Assembly: GCA_020635015.1 (NCBI GenBank)
Contig: JACKAP010000006.1
Span: 76,998 to 140,997, forward strand
Reading direction: 5' to 3'
DNA from: Calditrichia bacterium
Lineage (GTDB): Bacteria > Calditrichota > Calditrichia > RBG-13-44-9 > J075
Length of the DNA stretch: 64,000 nucleotides
In this document: in pieces, positions 27,774 through 36,526 of the stretch
How the letters are laid out: each line of letters begins with the position of its first letter
How positions within the stretch are numbered: the first letter of the stretch is position 1
Translations under genes and position numbers: made by a program
Notes under the pieces: generated by a model
Databases searched by the model: none
What the model was told of the DNA's origin: nothing
Seen by the model: the letters and a program-made list of their open reading frames with translations, nothing else

Positions 27774-28316
27774 ATGACGCCGAGACAAAATCGATCCGAT
27801 CAGCCGGCAAATCCGGAGGTGGAAAAGCAAGTGGAGGCGCTGCTGGGTTTGAAGGAGCAGATAAGAGATGTGGTGAATTATCACATCTGGAATAAAGATA
27901 ACCGGGAAGATATCCTGCAAGAGATTATCGCGGCCGCTATCACCAGCATCCGCAACGGTAATTTTAATCCCGAGGCCGGGGTGAAATTTACGACCTATGT
28001 CTTTAAAATCGTTAGAAATAAGATCACCGACTATATCAAGTCTCAGACAAAAATCCGGGATAATGAGGTGCCCGGACTGGATATTGATCTATTCCCCGAC
28101 GATCCGGATACCCTATCTGAAGAGGATATGGAGGAATTGCGGGAAGCGCTAAGCGACATGTTGAAGCCATTAAAACCGAAATACCGCGAGATACTGAGGC
28201 TGCGATTTATTGAAGGGCTTTCGATCGAAGCAATCAGCAAAATTCTCGATTTACCGCCCCGGAGAGTCAGCGAACGCATTCATTATGCGATTCAAAAGAT
28301 CCGTAAAAAAAAGTAA
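27774..28316 (+). CDS. ECF-type RNA polymerase sigma-70 family factor
   Basis: Region 4 KYREILRLRFIEGLSIEAISKILDLPPRRVSERIHYAIQKIR, plus a region 2-like N-terminus. 180 aa. Confidence 0.85.
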   Translation: MTPRQNRSDQPANPEVEKQVEALLGLKEQIRDVVNYHIWNKDNREDILQEIIAAAITSIRNGNFNPEAGVKFTTYVFKIVRNKITDYIKSQTKIRDNEVPGLDIDLFPDDPDTLSEEDMEELREALSDMLKPLKPKYREILRLRFIEGLSIEAISKILDLPPRRVSERIHYAIQKIRKKK

Positions 28317-28373
28317 AAAAAATCAATATAAGCCCTCATTTTTAGAATAATTATTCGGGAGGGAGTTAAATTT

Positions 28374-29270
28374 ATGCCATGCCATTTAAAAGATCGTGAT
28401 AAAATTATCAGCCGCTACCTGTTGCATGAGCTTAGCGAAGCAGAAGCGATGGAGTTCCAGGCGCACTTTTTCGAATGTGAGGAGTGTTTTCAAGAAATTA
28501 CTTTCAAGCGGAAAGCGTTGCGCTTGTTTCATGACCGCGGTGAAGAAATACTGGAATCCATCGAAACGGAGCCGGAGCCAGAGTTGGATCGAGCGACGCG
28601 TGGATTCTTTGCGCGCTACCGGCCGCATTTCGCTACAGCCGCAGCAGTGTTGATCGTGATGGCGTTGGTCATCCAGTTTACCCCATTGCTGGAAAAACCG
28701 GCTGACCAACAATGGCAGCGGGATATGAAGGTGCCTTATGAATATCGTCCGGGCGACAGTTTCCGCTCTGCCGGTACGCCTAGCGCAAAAAGTACGGCCG
28801 ATTCCCTGGCGGGTCAATTGCAGCGGGGGATAAACCGTTCGATGGGGGCCTATAATCAACCGAATTATGCGCTGATGCTCCAGAATATGGCGCAGTTGGA
28901 GGCGGCCGCAGCGCACTTGCGCGGGCAGCTATCTGCCCAGGATACCGCTGCCGCCATGATCCTGCGCGATTATGAATTCTATTACGGGGTCAGCAGGCTG
29001 GCCCGGGCGCGCACCCAAATAACCGACCTGGATCCGAAATACCGGGAACAGTTGCTCCAGGAAGCGGTCACGAACATCTCCCTGGCCTTAGATCTGGCCG
29101 TGGTTTATGGAAAAACCGATACCGATAAAGAACATTATTTCCTGGGGCTGGCGTACGGCTTTTCCGGTCAATTTTCCCGGGCCGTGGAGGCGCTGGAGAA
29201 GGTTACAGACGTTTCCAACCCGCAGTTTGACAGCCTCGCATCATTCCTCAAATTATGGAAAAACCGTTGA
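28374..29270 (+). CDS. zinc-finger (HxxxCxxC) anti-sigma factor with one TM and an extracytoplasmic helical domain
   Basis: FQAHFFECEECFQE ZAS motif. TM segment FATAAAVLIVMALVIQF. Lies directly downstream of the ECF sigma gene. Confidence 0.7.
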   Translation: MPCHLKDRDKIISRYLLHELSEAEAMEFQAHFFECEECFQEITFKRKALRLFHDRGEEILESIETEPEPELDRATRGFFARYRPHFATAAAVLIVMALVIQFTPLLEKPADQQWQRDMKVPYEYRPGDSFRSAGTPSAKSTADSLAGQLQRGINRSMGAYNQPNYALMLQNMAQLEAAAAHLRGQLSAQDTAAAMILRDYEFYYGVSRLARARTQITDLDPKYREQLLQEAVTNISLALDLAVVYGKTDTDKEHYFLGLAYGFSGQFSRAVEALEKVTDVSNPQFDSLASFLKLWKNR

Positions 29271-29495
29271 AGCCTCGCCAACCGATCTTTCCTGGCCGGC
29301 GAGGCCGGTGAATTCGCTCCAGATAGTTGATGCGGTCTCGGGCCGCCGCAACGACTGCAACCGATGAGATTGATCCTCCGCCGTAATCCAGCGCCAAGTC
29401 GACTTAAATCCATCCCTGGATTTGAAAGGCAATATTCGTATATTTTCCGAAGTCAACAACATCTCAACTGCCGGATAGATTACTTCGGGGGCTTT

Positions 29496-32400
29496 GTGAA
29501 AACGAACCTTTTCGAAATTAAGAGAGTGCTTTATCCGTTGATGCTGGTCGCTGGAATAAGCACATTGTTTGCTCAGGAACCCGGGCAGTATGAGCCCGAC
29601 CCTGCTGATCTGTCCCGCCTTTATACCTTCATGGAAACCATCGCCCGGGATTCGGTCGAAGTGCAGATCCGCGCTTACCGCCAATTTGTCACCGATCATC
29701 CGGAGCAGGAGCGGGCCTGCTGGCATTTGCTGGATTTTATGGTGATGGGCGGCCAACTGGAGGAGGCCCGGGATTTCTTTCAGGAGCAGGCGCTCGTTCC
29801 GGCAGGACGGCGCAACAGCCTCTGGATGCTGGCCCGGATCTACGCCCTGGAGGGCAATGCCGCTGCCGCCTTGCAAACCTACCGGGAAGTCTTTCAAAAC
29901 GGAGCGGCCTCCTTTGTGCTGCTGGATGATTTTGCCCTGTTTATCGTCCAAAACAAACTCGACCTGGAAAGTGAAATCGCGCAGTTGTCGATATCATCTG
30001 CCCAGCAAGCGATGATCCGAGTGGAAGTGTTGCGCCGGCGCGGTGAGGTCGAGAGGGTCCTGACCGTGCTTCAGGAAACGCTCCCCGACTATCAAACCAA
30101 CAAGTATTTGCTCCATCTCGCCGCCTACTGTCATCTCAACTCCGGAGACGAGGCCAGCGCGCTGCGTCTTCTGGAAAAAGGTCTTGGGATTGCCCGCGCA
30201 GAGAATGACCGGTTTATGACCGCCTATTACCTGACCATGATGGCGAATGTTGCCGGGGGCAATCGCGGAAAGGCCTATTGGGAAGAGGCCCGCAAGATTT
30301 CCGAAGGTCTTGCCAACCTGCGCCTGTCTATCAATGTCTATGTTGCCAGTTCCTTCGCGCTGGAGGATAAACAAGCTGCTCTGGGCTATATGGAACGGGC
30401 GATTGAAATTGCTACCGCTATCCGAAGCACACCGGAGATCGTATCGGCCTGGCTGTTGAAGGCCCAGCTGGAATCAGATCTGGAAAATTATAACGAGGCC
30501 CTGGATGCGTTTGTGCGGACGGAACAATATCTTGCTCAAGATGGCAATGAGGTTCACCGCTACGATTTTTACCTGGCCCGGGGAAGGTTCTTTCATAAAC
30601 TGCAACTAAACCAATGGGCCCGGAAGGATTACGAAACGGCCTATGAGTGGGCCCGGCAGAATGGCATGCTTTCCTACAACTATCTCGCACTCTCGCGTCT
30701 GGCCGATATCACCCTGAAAGAAAAAGAATATGAACGTGCCATTGTCCTGTACCGGGATTTCTTGAACCTGCACGCATCGAAGGTGCGTGTGTCCAACCGG
30801 GTTTATTGGCGCTATAAATTGGCGGAAGCATACCAGGCACAACATAAATATGCCGAAGCCCAGCAGCAGTTCGCCCGGGTTTACCAAGCGGCAGATCAAA
30901 TTCCGTTTCCGGTGTATAAAGAGCGGATGAAAGCGTATGCCCTGATACAGCAGGTCGCTATTCTGGCGGATCAGGAGGATCTGAAAGGCGCAAGCCGCCT
31001 GCTTAACAACGATGATCTCCGCCAGGTGTCGAAAGACCAGCAGGATGTCAAGATTGCTTATTTGATGATGCAGGGGCGGTTGTATCAACAAAAAGAGGAG
31101 ACAGACAGCGCGATCGTATGCCTGGAGGAGGCATCGAGAATTATCGAGGCGCAGCGCGGGCAACTGAAAGCGGAGGACCTGCGGGTAGGGTTTTTCAGTG
31201 ATAAAAGCAAGGTATATGATGAGCTGGTCAGTTGTTACTGGCAGCGCTATCGGCATGAATCCCAGCCGGAGGATCTGGAGCAAATTTACACTGCGCTGGA
31301 AATGCGCCGGGCACGGGTACTGCGTGATCTCAAATTTTCCGGGAATAAAAATCTCCGGAGGCAATCCAAAGATCCCTTGTATCAAAAATATCATGCGGCC
31401 TGTAATAGACTTCAAGCGCTTCAGCGCAGGATCCGGTTGAACCCCGGGCTTTATAGTGACTTGCAGCTCCAGTTAAAAACCGCCCGCCAGCAGGTAATCA
31501 ATACCCGGCTTCATTTGCTGAATCAATACGGATCGGCGGCTGTAGAGCAGCAGAAACCGCGACTGGATGAACTGGTCAGCGCCATGCAGTTACGGCAGAT
31601 GAGTCTGCTGTTTTACTGTATCGCCGAAAACGAGGCGTTTGTGCTGGTGGTGAACCGGGGGGAGCCCCGGGTGATCGCTCTGGATGCAAAGCTGGCGACC
31701 ATCGATTCCAAGGTGGATTCCCTGCTCCGGCCGCTGCACGAAATGCCGCCGGGTGGAATGGTAGGAATCCCATTCCGTGCGAAACTGGCCAACGAGTTAT
31801 ATCAGATCCTGATCGCGCCGGTTAAAGCGCAGGTCGACCTGGAGGAACAGGTGATGATCATCCCCGACCTGGCACTGGCCGGGCTGCCCTTTGATATACT
31901 GCTGAGCCAGATGCCCTCCCGGGAAGTTTATACCCCGGCCGATCCGGATACCGATTACCGCGATTCCTTTCTGCTGCATCAGCATGCAATCCTCTATGCG
32001 CCCAGTTCCTGGGTGGTACGCTCCGCTTCCAGCGCCGCCGTTGATTCCAGCGCCATACTGCTGCTGGCCAATCCCTTCTCGAATGATTTGTCACGCCCAT
32101 CGGAAAATGCGCTGCCGGTGAACCGGCAGCTTGAATATTTTGAACCCCTGATTTATGCCGATTACGAAGCGCAGATGATCAAAAGCCGTTGCGAGCAGGT
32201 GGAGGTCTTCCAGCACCAGCAGGCCACGCTCAAGGTGATTGATTCCCTCGGCAGCCGGTATGGGGTGCATCATTATTCGACGCACAGCTTTATCGATAAC
32301 GAGTTTGGGGCGTTTTCCGGCCTGTTTTTTGCCCTGAGTGATGATTCAACCGACGATGGCCTGCTGACGGTTTATAAGATTGCCGATCTGGAACTGAATT

Positions 32401-32855
32401 GTGACCTGGTATGTCTGAGCGCCTGCGAGAGCGGGGCGGGAAAGTTGGTGCGGGGTGAAGGGGTGATGGGAATGCCCCGGCAGTTCCTGGCCGCGGGCGC
32501 CCGCCGGGTGCTGATGAGCCAGTGGCTGGTCTCCGACCGCTTTAGCTCGCTGTTGATGCCGCTGTTTTACGAAGGAGCTATTGGGGAGCGTCAGCCCAAA
32601 GCGGTGGCGCTGCAACAGGCGAAGGTCGGCCTGCTGAGCCAGGTATCCGAAGAGCAATTGCGCTATGCCCATCCGTTTTTCTGGGCCGGTTTTACCCTCT
32701 ACGGCGAGCCGGAGATTGCGCTCGGCCCGCGCTTTCCGCTCTTTTCCGGAAACTGGTGGTTTGTCCTGCTGCTGGGCGCTATTGCCGGTGGGTATTTTGT
32801 CGCCGTCTGGCGCCGAATGAACGGCACCCCCCATTCTCGCGACCGGCGCACCTAG
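29496..32855 (+). CDS. TPR-repeat CHAT-domain (caspase-like) protease, N-terminal signal and C-terminal TM anchor
   Basis: Long TPR-like helical repeats. CHAT catalytic region HYSTHSF...LVCLSACESGAGK. C-terminal WWFVLLLGAIAGGYFVAVW. GTG 29496 precedes the signal-like LYPLMLVAGISTLFAQ; the ORF opens at 29364. Confidence 0.85.
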   Translation: MKTNLFEIKRVLYPLMLVAGISTLFAQEPGQYEPDPADLSRLYTFMETIARDSVEVQIRAYRQFVTDHPEQERACWHLLDFMVMGGQLEEARDFFQEQALVPAGRRNSLWMLARIYALEGNAAAALQTYREVFQNGAASFVLLDDFALFIVQNKLDLESEIAQLSISSAQQAMIRVEVLRRRGEVERVLTVLQETLPDYQTNKYLLHLAAYCHLNSGDEASALRLLEKGLGIARAENDRFMTAYYLTMMANVAGGNRGKAYWEEARKISEGLANLRLSINVYVASSFALEDKQAALGYMERAIEIATAIRSTPEIVSAWLLKAQLESDLENYNEALDAFVRTEQYLAQDGNEVHRYDFYLARGRFFHKLQLNQWARKDYETAYEWARQNGMLSYNYLALSRLADITLKEKEYERAIVLYRDFLNLHASKVRVSNRVYWRYKLAEAYQAQHKYAEAQQQFARVYQAADQIPFPVYKERMKAYALIQQVAILADQEDLKGASRLLNNDDLRQVSKDQQDVKIAYLMMQGRLYQQKEETDSAIVCLEEASRIIEAQRGQLKAEDLRVGFFSDKSKVYDELVSCYWQRYRHESQPEDLEQIYTALEMRRARVLRDLKFSGNKNLRRQSKDPLYQKYHAACNRLQALQRRIRLNPGLYSDLQLQLKTARQQVINTRLHLLNQYGSAAVEQQKPRLDELVSAMQLRQMSLLFYCIAENEAFVLVVNRGEPRVIALDAKLATIDSKVDSLLRPLHEMPPGGMVGIPFRAKLANELYQILIAPVKAQVDLEEQVMIIPDLALAGLPFDILLSQMPSREVYTPADPDTDYRDSFLLHQHAILYAPSSWVVRSASSAAVDSSAILLLANPFSNDLSRPSENALPVNRQLEYFEPLIYADYEAQMIKSRCEQVEVFQHQQATLKVIDSLGSRYGVHHYSTHSFIDNEFGAFSGLFFALSDDSTDDGLLTVYKIADLELNCDLVCLSACESGAGKLVRGEGVMGMPRQFLAAGARRVLMSQWLVSDRFSSLLMPLFYEGAIGERQPKAVALQQAKVGLLSQVSEEQLRYAHPFFWAGFTLYGEPEIALGPRFPLFSGNWWFVLLLGAIAGGYFVAVWRRMNGTPHSRDRRT

Positions 32856-32905
32856 AGGCCTTTTTAAATTCTCGCCAGAGAGGCGAATATTGACAAAAGA
32901 TTATT

Positions 32906-33892
32906 TTATTCGGTAGGATATCGCAGGTTCCACTGGCGGCGCAGGGTATCCATGATGCGCATCAGCGCCAGCGACTCATCCAGGGGCATCGTTTCACTCT
33001 CGGTTTTACCGGCGGCCAGGCAGTGCATTACTTCCCGGGCTTCGTAAAGGTAGCCGTGTCCGCGATAAGGGGTGGGAAATATTTGCGGTTCCCGCCCTTC
33101 CGGGATAACGGTCAGGCTTTCCGGACGGTAGAGCGGGCCATGAATTTCAATCCGGCCCTCGCTTCCCAGCAGCACCGCGCCGCCCGGGGCAGCGGTACGC
33201 ACTGCGGCGAACAGGGAGGCCAGCTGTCCCTCCGGGTATTGCAGCATGAAGGCGCATTGCTCATCGACCCCGGTGGCGCCGATGTGGGCAACCCCCCGGA
33301 TGTCTGCCGGAGCTGCGCCGAAGATCATCGCCGCCAGGGCGAGGGGGTAGATGCCTAAATCCAGCAGCGCCCCGCCTCCCAGCGCCGGATCGAATAGCCG
33401 GCCGGAGGGATCGAAGGGGGCCCGGAAGGCCAACTCCCCGCGCAGCATTCGCTGCTCGCCGATCGTTCCCGCCGCCAGCAACTCCCGCAGCTTGATCAAA
33501 GCCGGTTGAAAACGGGTCCACATCGCTTCCATCAGGAAAAGCTTTTCCCGGCGGGCGAAAGCGATCAACTGTTCCGCCTCCCGGGCGTTGATGGTAAAGG
33601 CTTTCTCGCACAGCACCGCCTTGCCGTGCTGCAAGCAGAGCAGGCTGTCGCGATAGTGGAAAATATGCGGGGTGGCGACGTAGATAATCTCCACTTCCGG
33701 ATCGGCGGCCAGGGCTTCGTAACTGGCATGGCGGCGGGGGATATGATATTGCGCTCCGAAAGCCTCGGCATTTTCCCGGCTGCGCGACCCTACCGCTACC
33801 AGTTCCGCCTCGGGCAGCAATTGAAGGTCGGCGGCAAACTGATGGGCGATCCGCCCCGGCCCCAGGATGCCCCAGCGGTATTTACGGCTCAT
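32906..33892 (-). CDS. Gfo/Idh/MocA family oxidoreductase
   Basis: N-terminal Rossmann motif YRWGILGPGRIAHQF. 328 aa, typical for the family. Confidence 0.85.
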   Translation of the reverse strand: MSRKYRWGILGPGRIAHQFAADLQLLPEAELVAVGSRSRENAEAFGAQYHIPRRHASYEALAADPEVEIIYVATPHIFHYRDSLLCLQHGKAVLCEKAFTINAREAEQLIAFARREKLFLMEAMWTRFQPALIKLRELLAAGTIGEQRMLRGELAFRAPFDPSGRLFDPALGGGALLDLGIYPLALAAMIFGAAPADIRGVAHIGATGVDEQCAFMLQYPEGQLASLFAAVRTAAPGGAVLLGSEGRIEIHGPLYRPESLTVIPEGREPQIFPTPYRGHGYLYEAREVMHCLAAGKTESETMPLDESLALMRIMDTLRRQWNLRYPTE

Positions 33893-34979
33893 CGGATACC
33901 TCGGGACTCGGGATGCTGATCTTCAGGCGGGCGATGCGTCCTTCGGAGCCGGCGGCCCAACAGTCGCCGAAAGGCCCCACCGCCAGGGTGTAATAGCCTT
34001 CCGCACTAAATGGCGCCCAGCTTTCTCCTTCATCAAAAGAATAACTGCAGCCGGATGCGCCTGATGCCACTAGGGCGGTGCGTTCACCCACCTGGAGATA
34101 GATGACGCAGGAGCGGTAAGTCATGGCGGCGGAGTCGGCCAGCGGCTGCCAGGTGCGTCCGCCGTCGTTGGTGCGGGCGGCATTGTGGTTGGCTGAATCC
34201 GGCTGCCGGAAATCGCCTCCGACCGCAATGCCGTTAAGTGCATCACGGAAGGCGAGGGAGAAGATGCCGGAAGATGGGGTGCCGCTCATGACCGGGGTGT
34301 CACTGACCTCCCAGTTGCGGCCGCTGTCGGCGCTAAAGAACACCCGGGCGGCGGTGCCGCCGCTGGCAATCCATGCCCGCCCCTCCGCGCCGGCGATCAG
34401 GCAGCTTCCGCTGGCGGCGAAAGCATATTCGCCTTCTTGCGCCGGTGGGATCTGGATCCGGGGCACTTCCAGCCAGGTTTGTCCGGCATCAGAAGTGCGG
34501 TAAATGACAAATTTGCCATCGACCGGATCGCTGAAGACGATGCCGTTCCGGGCATCCCAAAAGTCCATGCTGCTGAAGAAGCCCTCCGGATGGGGGCAGG
34601 TTAGCTGCAAGGCCCAGTTCTCGCCCCGGTCGGTGCTTTGGTAGATGCGCGACAGCTCGCCGTTGCCGGCGCTCATCAGGTACACCGTATCGCCGAAGGC
34701 ATGCACATCGCGAAAATCAAGGCTGCCGCCGTCCGGCATCCGCCCCGACCGCCAACTGGTGCCGCTGTCGCTGCTGACGGCATACTGCCCGCTGGCCCCG
34801 CTGACCCAGATGTCCCCATTGGCTGCCAGGGAGATGCCGCGCAGGGGCACCACCAGGCCGGCGTCAACCGGGATCCATTGCATCAGCACCGGTGCCGGGC
34901 CCATCAATTGCTGCGCCTGGAGGGAGACGGTCAGCCCGGCAAGCAGAATGCCCCAAAAGAAAAAATGATGTTTACCCAC
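33882..34979 (-). CDS. secreted BNR/Asp-box beta-propeller protein (Ycf48/sialidase-like fold)
   Basis: Signal peptide plus six SxDxGxTW-type boxes (SSDSGTSW, STDRGENW, TSDAGQTW, SADSGRNW, TNDGGRTW, SFDEGESW). Confidence 0.7.
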   Translation of the reverse strand: MGKHHFFFWGILLAGLTVSLQAQQLMGPAPVLMQWIPVDAGLVVPLRGISLAANGDIWVSGASGQYAVSSDSGTSWRSGRMPDGGSLDFRDVHAFGDTVYLMSAGNGELSRIYQSTDRGENWALQLTCPHPEGFFSSMDFWDARNGIVFSDPVDGKFVIYRTSDAGQTWLEVPRIQIPPAQEGEYAFAASGSCLIAGAEGRAWIASGGTAARVFFSADSGRNWEVSDTPVMSGTPSSGIFSLAFRDALNGIAVGGDFRQPDSANHNAARTNDGGRTWQPLADSAAMTYRSCVIYLQVGERTALVASGASGCSYSFDEGESWAPFSAEGYYTLAVGPFGDCWAAGSEGRIARLKISIPSPEVSDEP

Positions 34980-34999
34980 GATTCGATCCTGCCGTATTG

Positions 35000-36214
35000 T
35001 TAATTCTGAACGTTTAACAACAGCAACTGAGAGATACTGCTATTGCCGGCCGCATCGTAAGCCCGGGCCAGCAGACTGTGCAGACCGTTGGGCACGGTGC
35101 CGGTATCCCAGTTCCAGGTAAAGGGCGCGGTATTTTCTGTGCCGGCCAGGAGCCCGTCGACAAAATATTCTACCTGGACCACCTCCTCATTGTCGCTGGC
35201 CTGGACCAGGACTGCGATGGTGCCCGATACATCGGAGAGGTTGATCGGCGCTGTAATGACCACCACCGGCGCAATCTCGTCCCCGGTTTCCGAATATACG
35301 CTAATTAGCTGGGAATAGCCAATATTTCCCTGGGCGTCGCGGGCGGTGGCGTAAATGGAATAGCTTTCTCCGCCGGCCGGCGACCAGCTCGCTTCATAGG
35401 GGGGCGTTGCGACCGAGGTCAGGGAATCGCCGTCGATGTAGAAGGTCACCGCTTCTACCGCCACATTATCCGATGCCTCGGCGCGGATGGTCACCGCTTC
35501 TCCGACAAGACTGTACGCGGCTGGGTGGGTGAGAAAGACGATTGGCGCGGTCATATCCGCCGATTCCGGATAGACCGTCACCAACTGGGAGTAGCCGATA
35601 TTGCCCTGGCGGTCACGGGCGGTGGCGTAGATAGAATAACTCGCTCCGCCGGACGGTGACCAGGTGACTTCGTAGGGGGGGGCGCTTGCCGACGCCAGAG
35701 AATCGCCGTCGATGTAAAAGGTTATTGTTTCCACCGCGATATTATCCATCGCCTCAGCACGGATGATGACCTCCTCTCCGACGATGCTGTAGGCGGCAGG
35801 CTGGGTGATAAATAGGACCGGCGCCTGCAGATCCGGGACGGTGTAGACCGTCACCAGTTGTGAAATACCCAGATTGCCGGACCCGTCGCGCGCTTTGGCC
35901 AGCAAGGTGTGGCTGGTTTCCGGACCGTCGAAAATGATCTGGAACTCGAAAGGAAGCTGGTTGTCGCCTGCCAGGGAATCGCCGTCGATCAGGATGTAGA
36001 CCTCGCGAATCTCACCGCTGTCCTGGGCATCCACCTTGACATCTACCGTGTCGCCGGTATAAGCATACTGGGCCGGTGCCGTGATGGTAACCACCGGCGC
36101 GTAGATATCCTCCGGCGTCGGCGCGACCGTTTCCACCGGATCGGCTTCGTTGCATGCGGTGAAAAAGAGCAGACTGAACAGCAAAATAGAAATCGGTTTT
36201 ACTATTTTCATCAT
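35000..36214 (-). CDS. lipoprotein with four tandem Ig-like domains
   Basis: Lipobox LLFFTAC. Four ~95-aa repeats (…ITFYIDGDSLASASAPPYEVTWSP…ATARDRQGNIGYSQLVTVY…), the middle two near-identical. Confidence 0.6.
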   Translation of the reverse strand: MMKIVKPISILLFSLLFFTACNEADPVETVAPTPEDIYAPVVTITAPAQYAYTGDTVDVKVDAQDSGEIREVYILIDGDSLAGDNQLPFEFQIIFDGPETSHTLLAKARDGSGNLGISQLVTVYTVPDLQAPVLFITQPAAYSIVGEEVIIRAEAMDNIAVETITFYIDGDSLASASAPPYEVTWSPSGGASYSIYATARDRQGNIGYSQLVTVYPESADMTAPIVFLTHPAAYSLVGEAVTIRAEASDNVAVEAVTFYIDGDSLTSVATPPYEASWSPAGGESYSIYATARDAQGNIGYSQLISVYSETGDEIAPVVVITAPINLSDVSGTIAVLVQASDNEEVVQVEYFVDGLLAGTENTAPFTWNWDTGTVPNGLHSLLARAYDAAGNSSISQLLLLNVQN

Positions 36215-36234
36215 CCCAAACTCCTGCTTTTTTT

Positions 36235-36472
36235 GTCCACGGATTACACGGATGAGACAGATGTTATGCACTCACGGCTGAAAACATGATTTATGCTGTC
36301 ATTGCGAGGCGTTTTTTCCGAAGCAATCTCCCGCAAGGTGCAACCATCTGCAGTTAAATTGTAAGCGATCCGCATGAGATTGCCGCGCCGCACGCTACGC
36401 GGCTCGCAATGACAGCACCCGATGACGACCTGAGTTTCATTTAATCCGTGAAAATCCGTGTAATCCGTGGAC
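36235..36472. repeat. 238-bp nested inverted-repeat element
   Basis: Perfect 19-bp outer arms gtccacggattacacggat / atccgtgtaatccgtggac. Perfect 14-bp inner arms gctgtcattgcgag / ctcgcaatgacagc. 8-bp innermost pair gcaatctc / gagattgc. Confidence 0.85.
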
Positions 36473-36526
36473 CGATTTTCTTCTATCGTTTAAATACTCC
36501 CGCCCTCCGCACTCCGCACTCCACCC

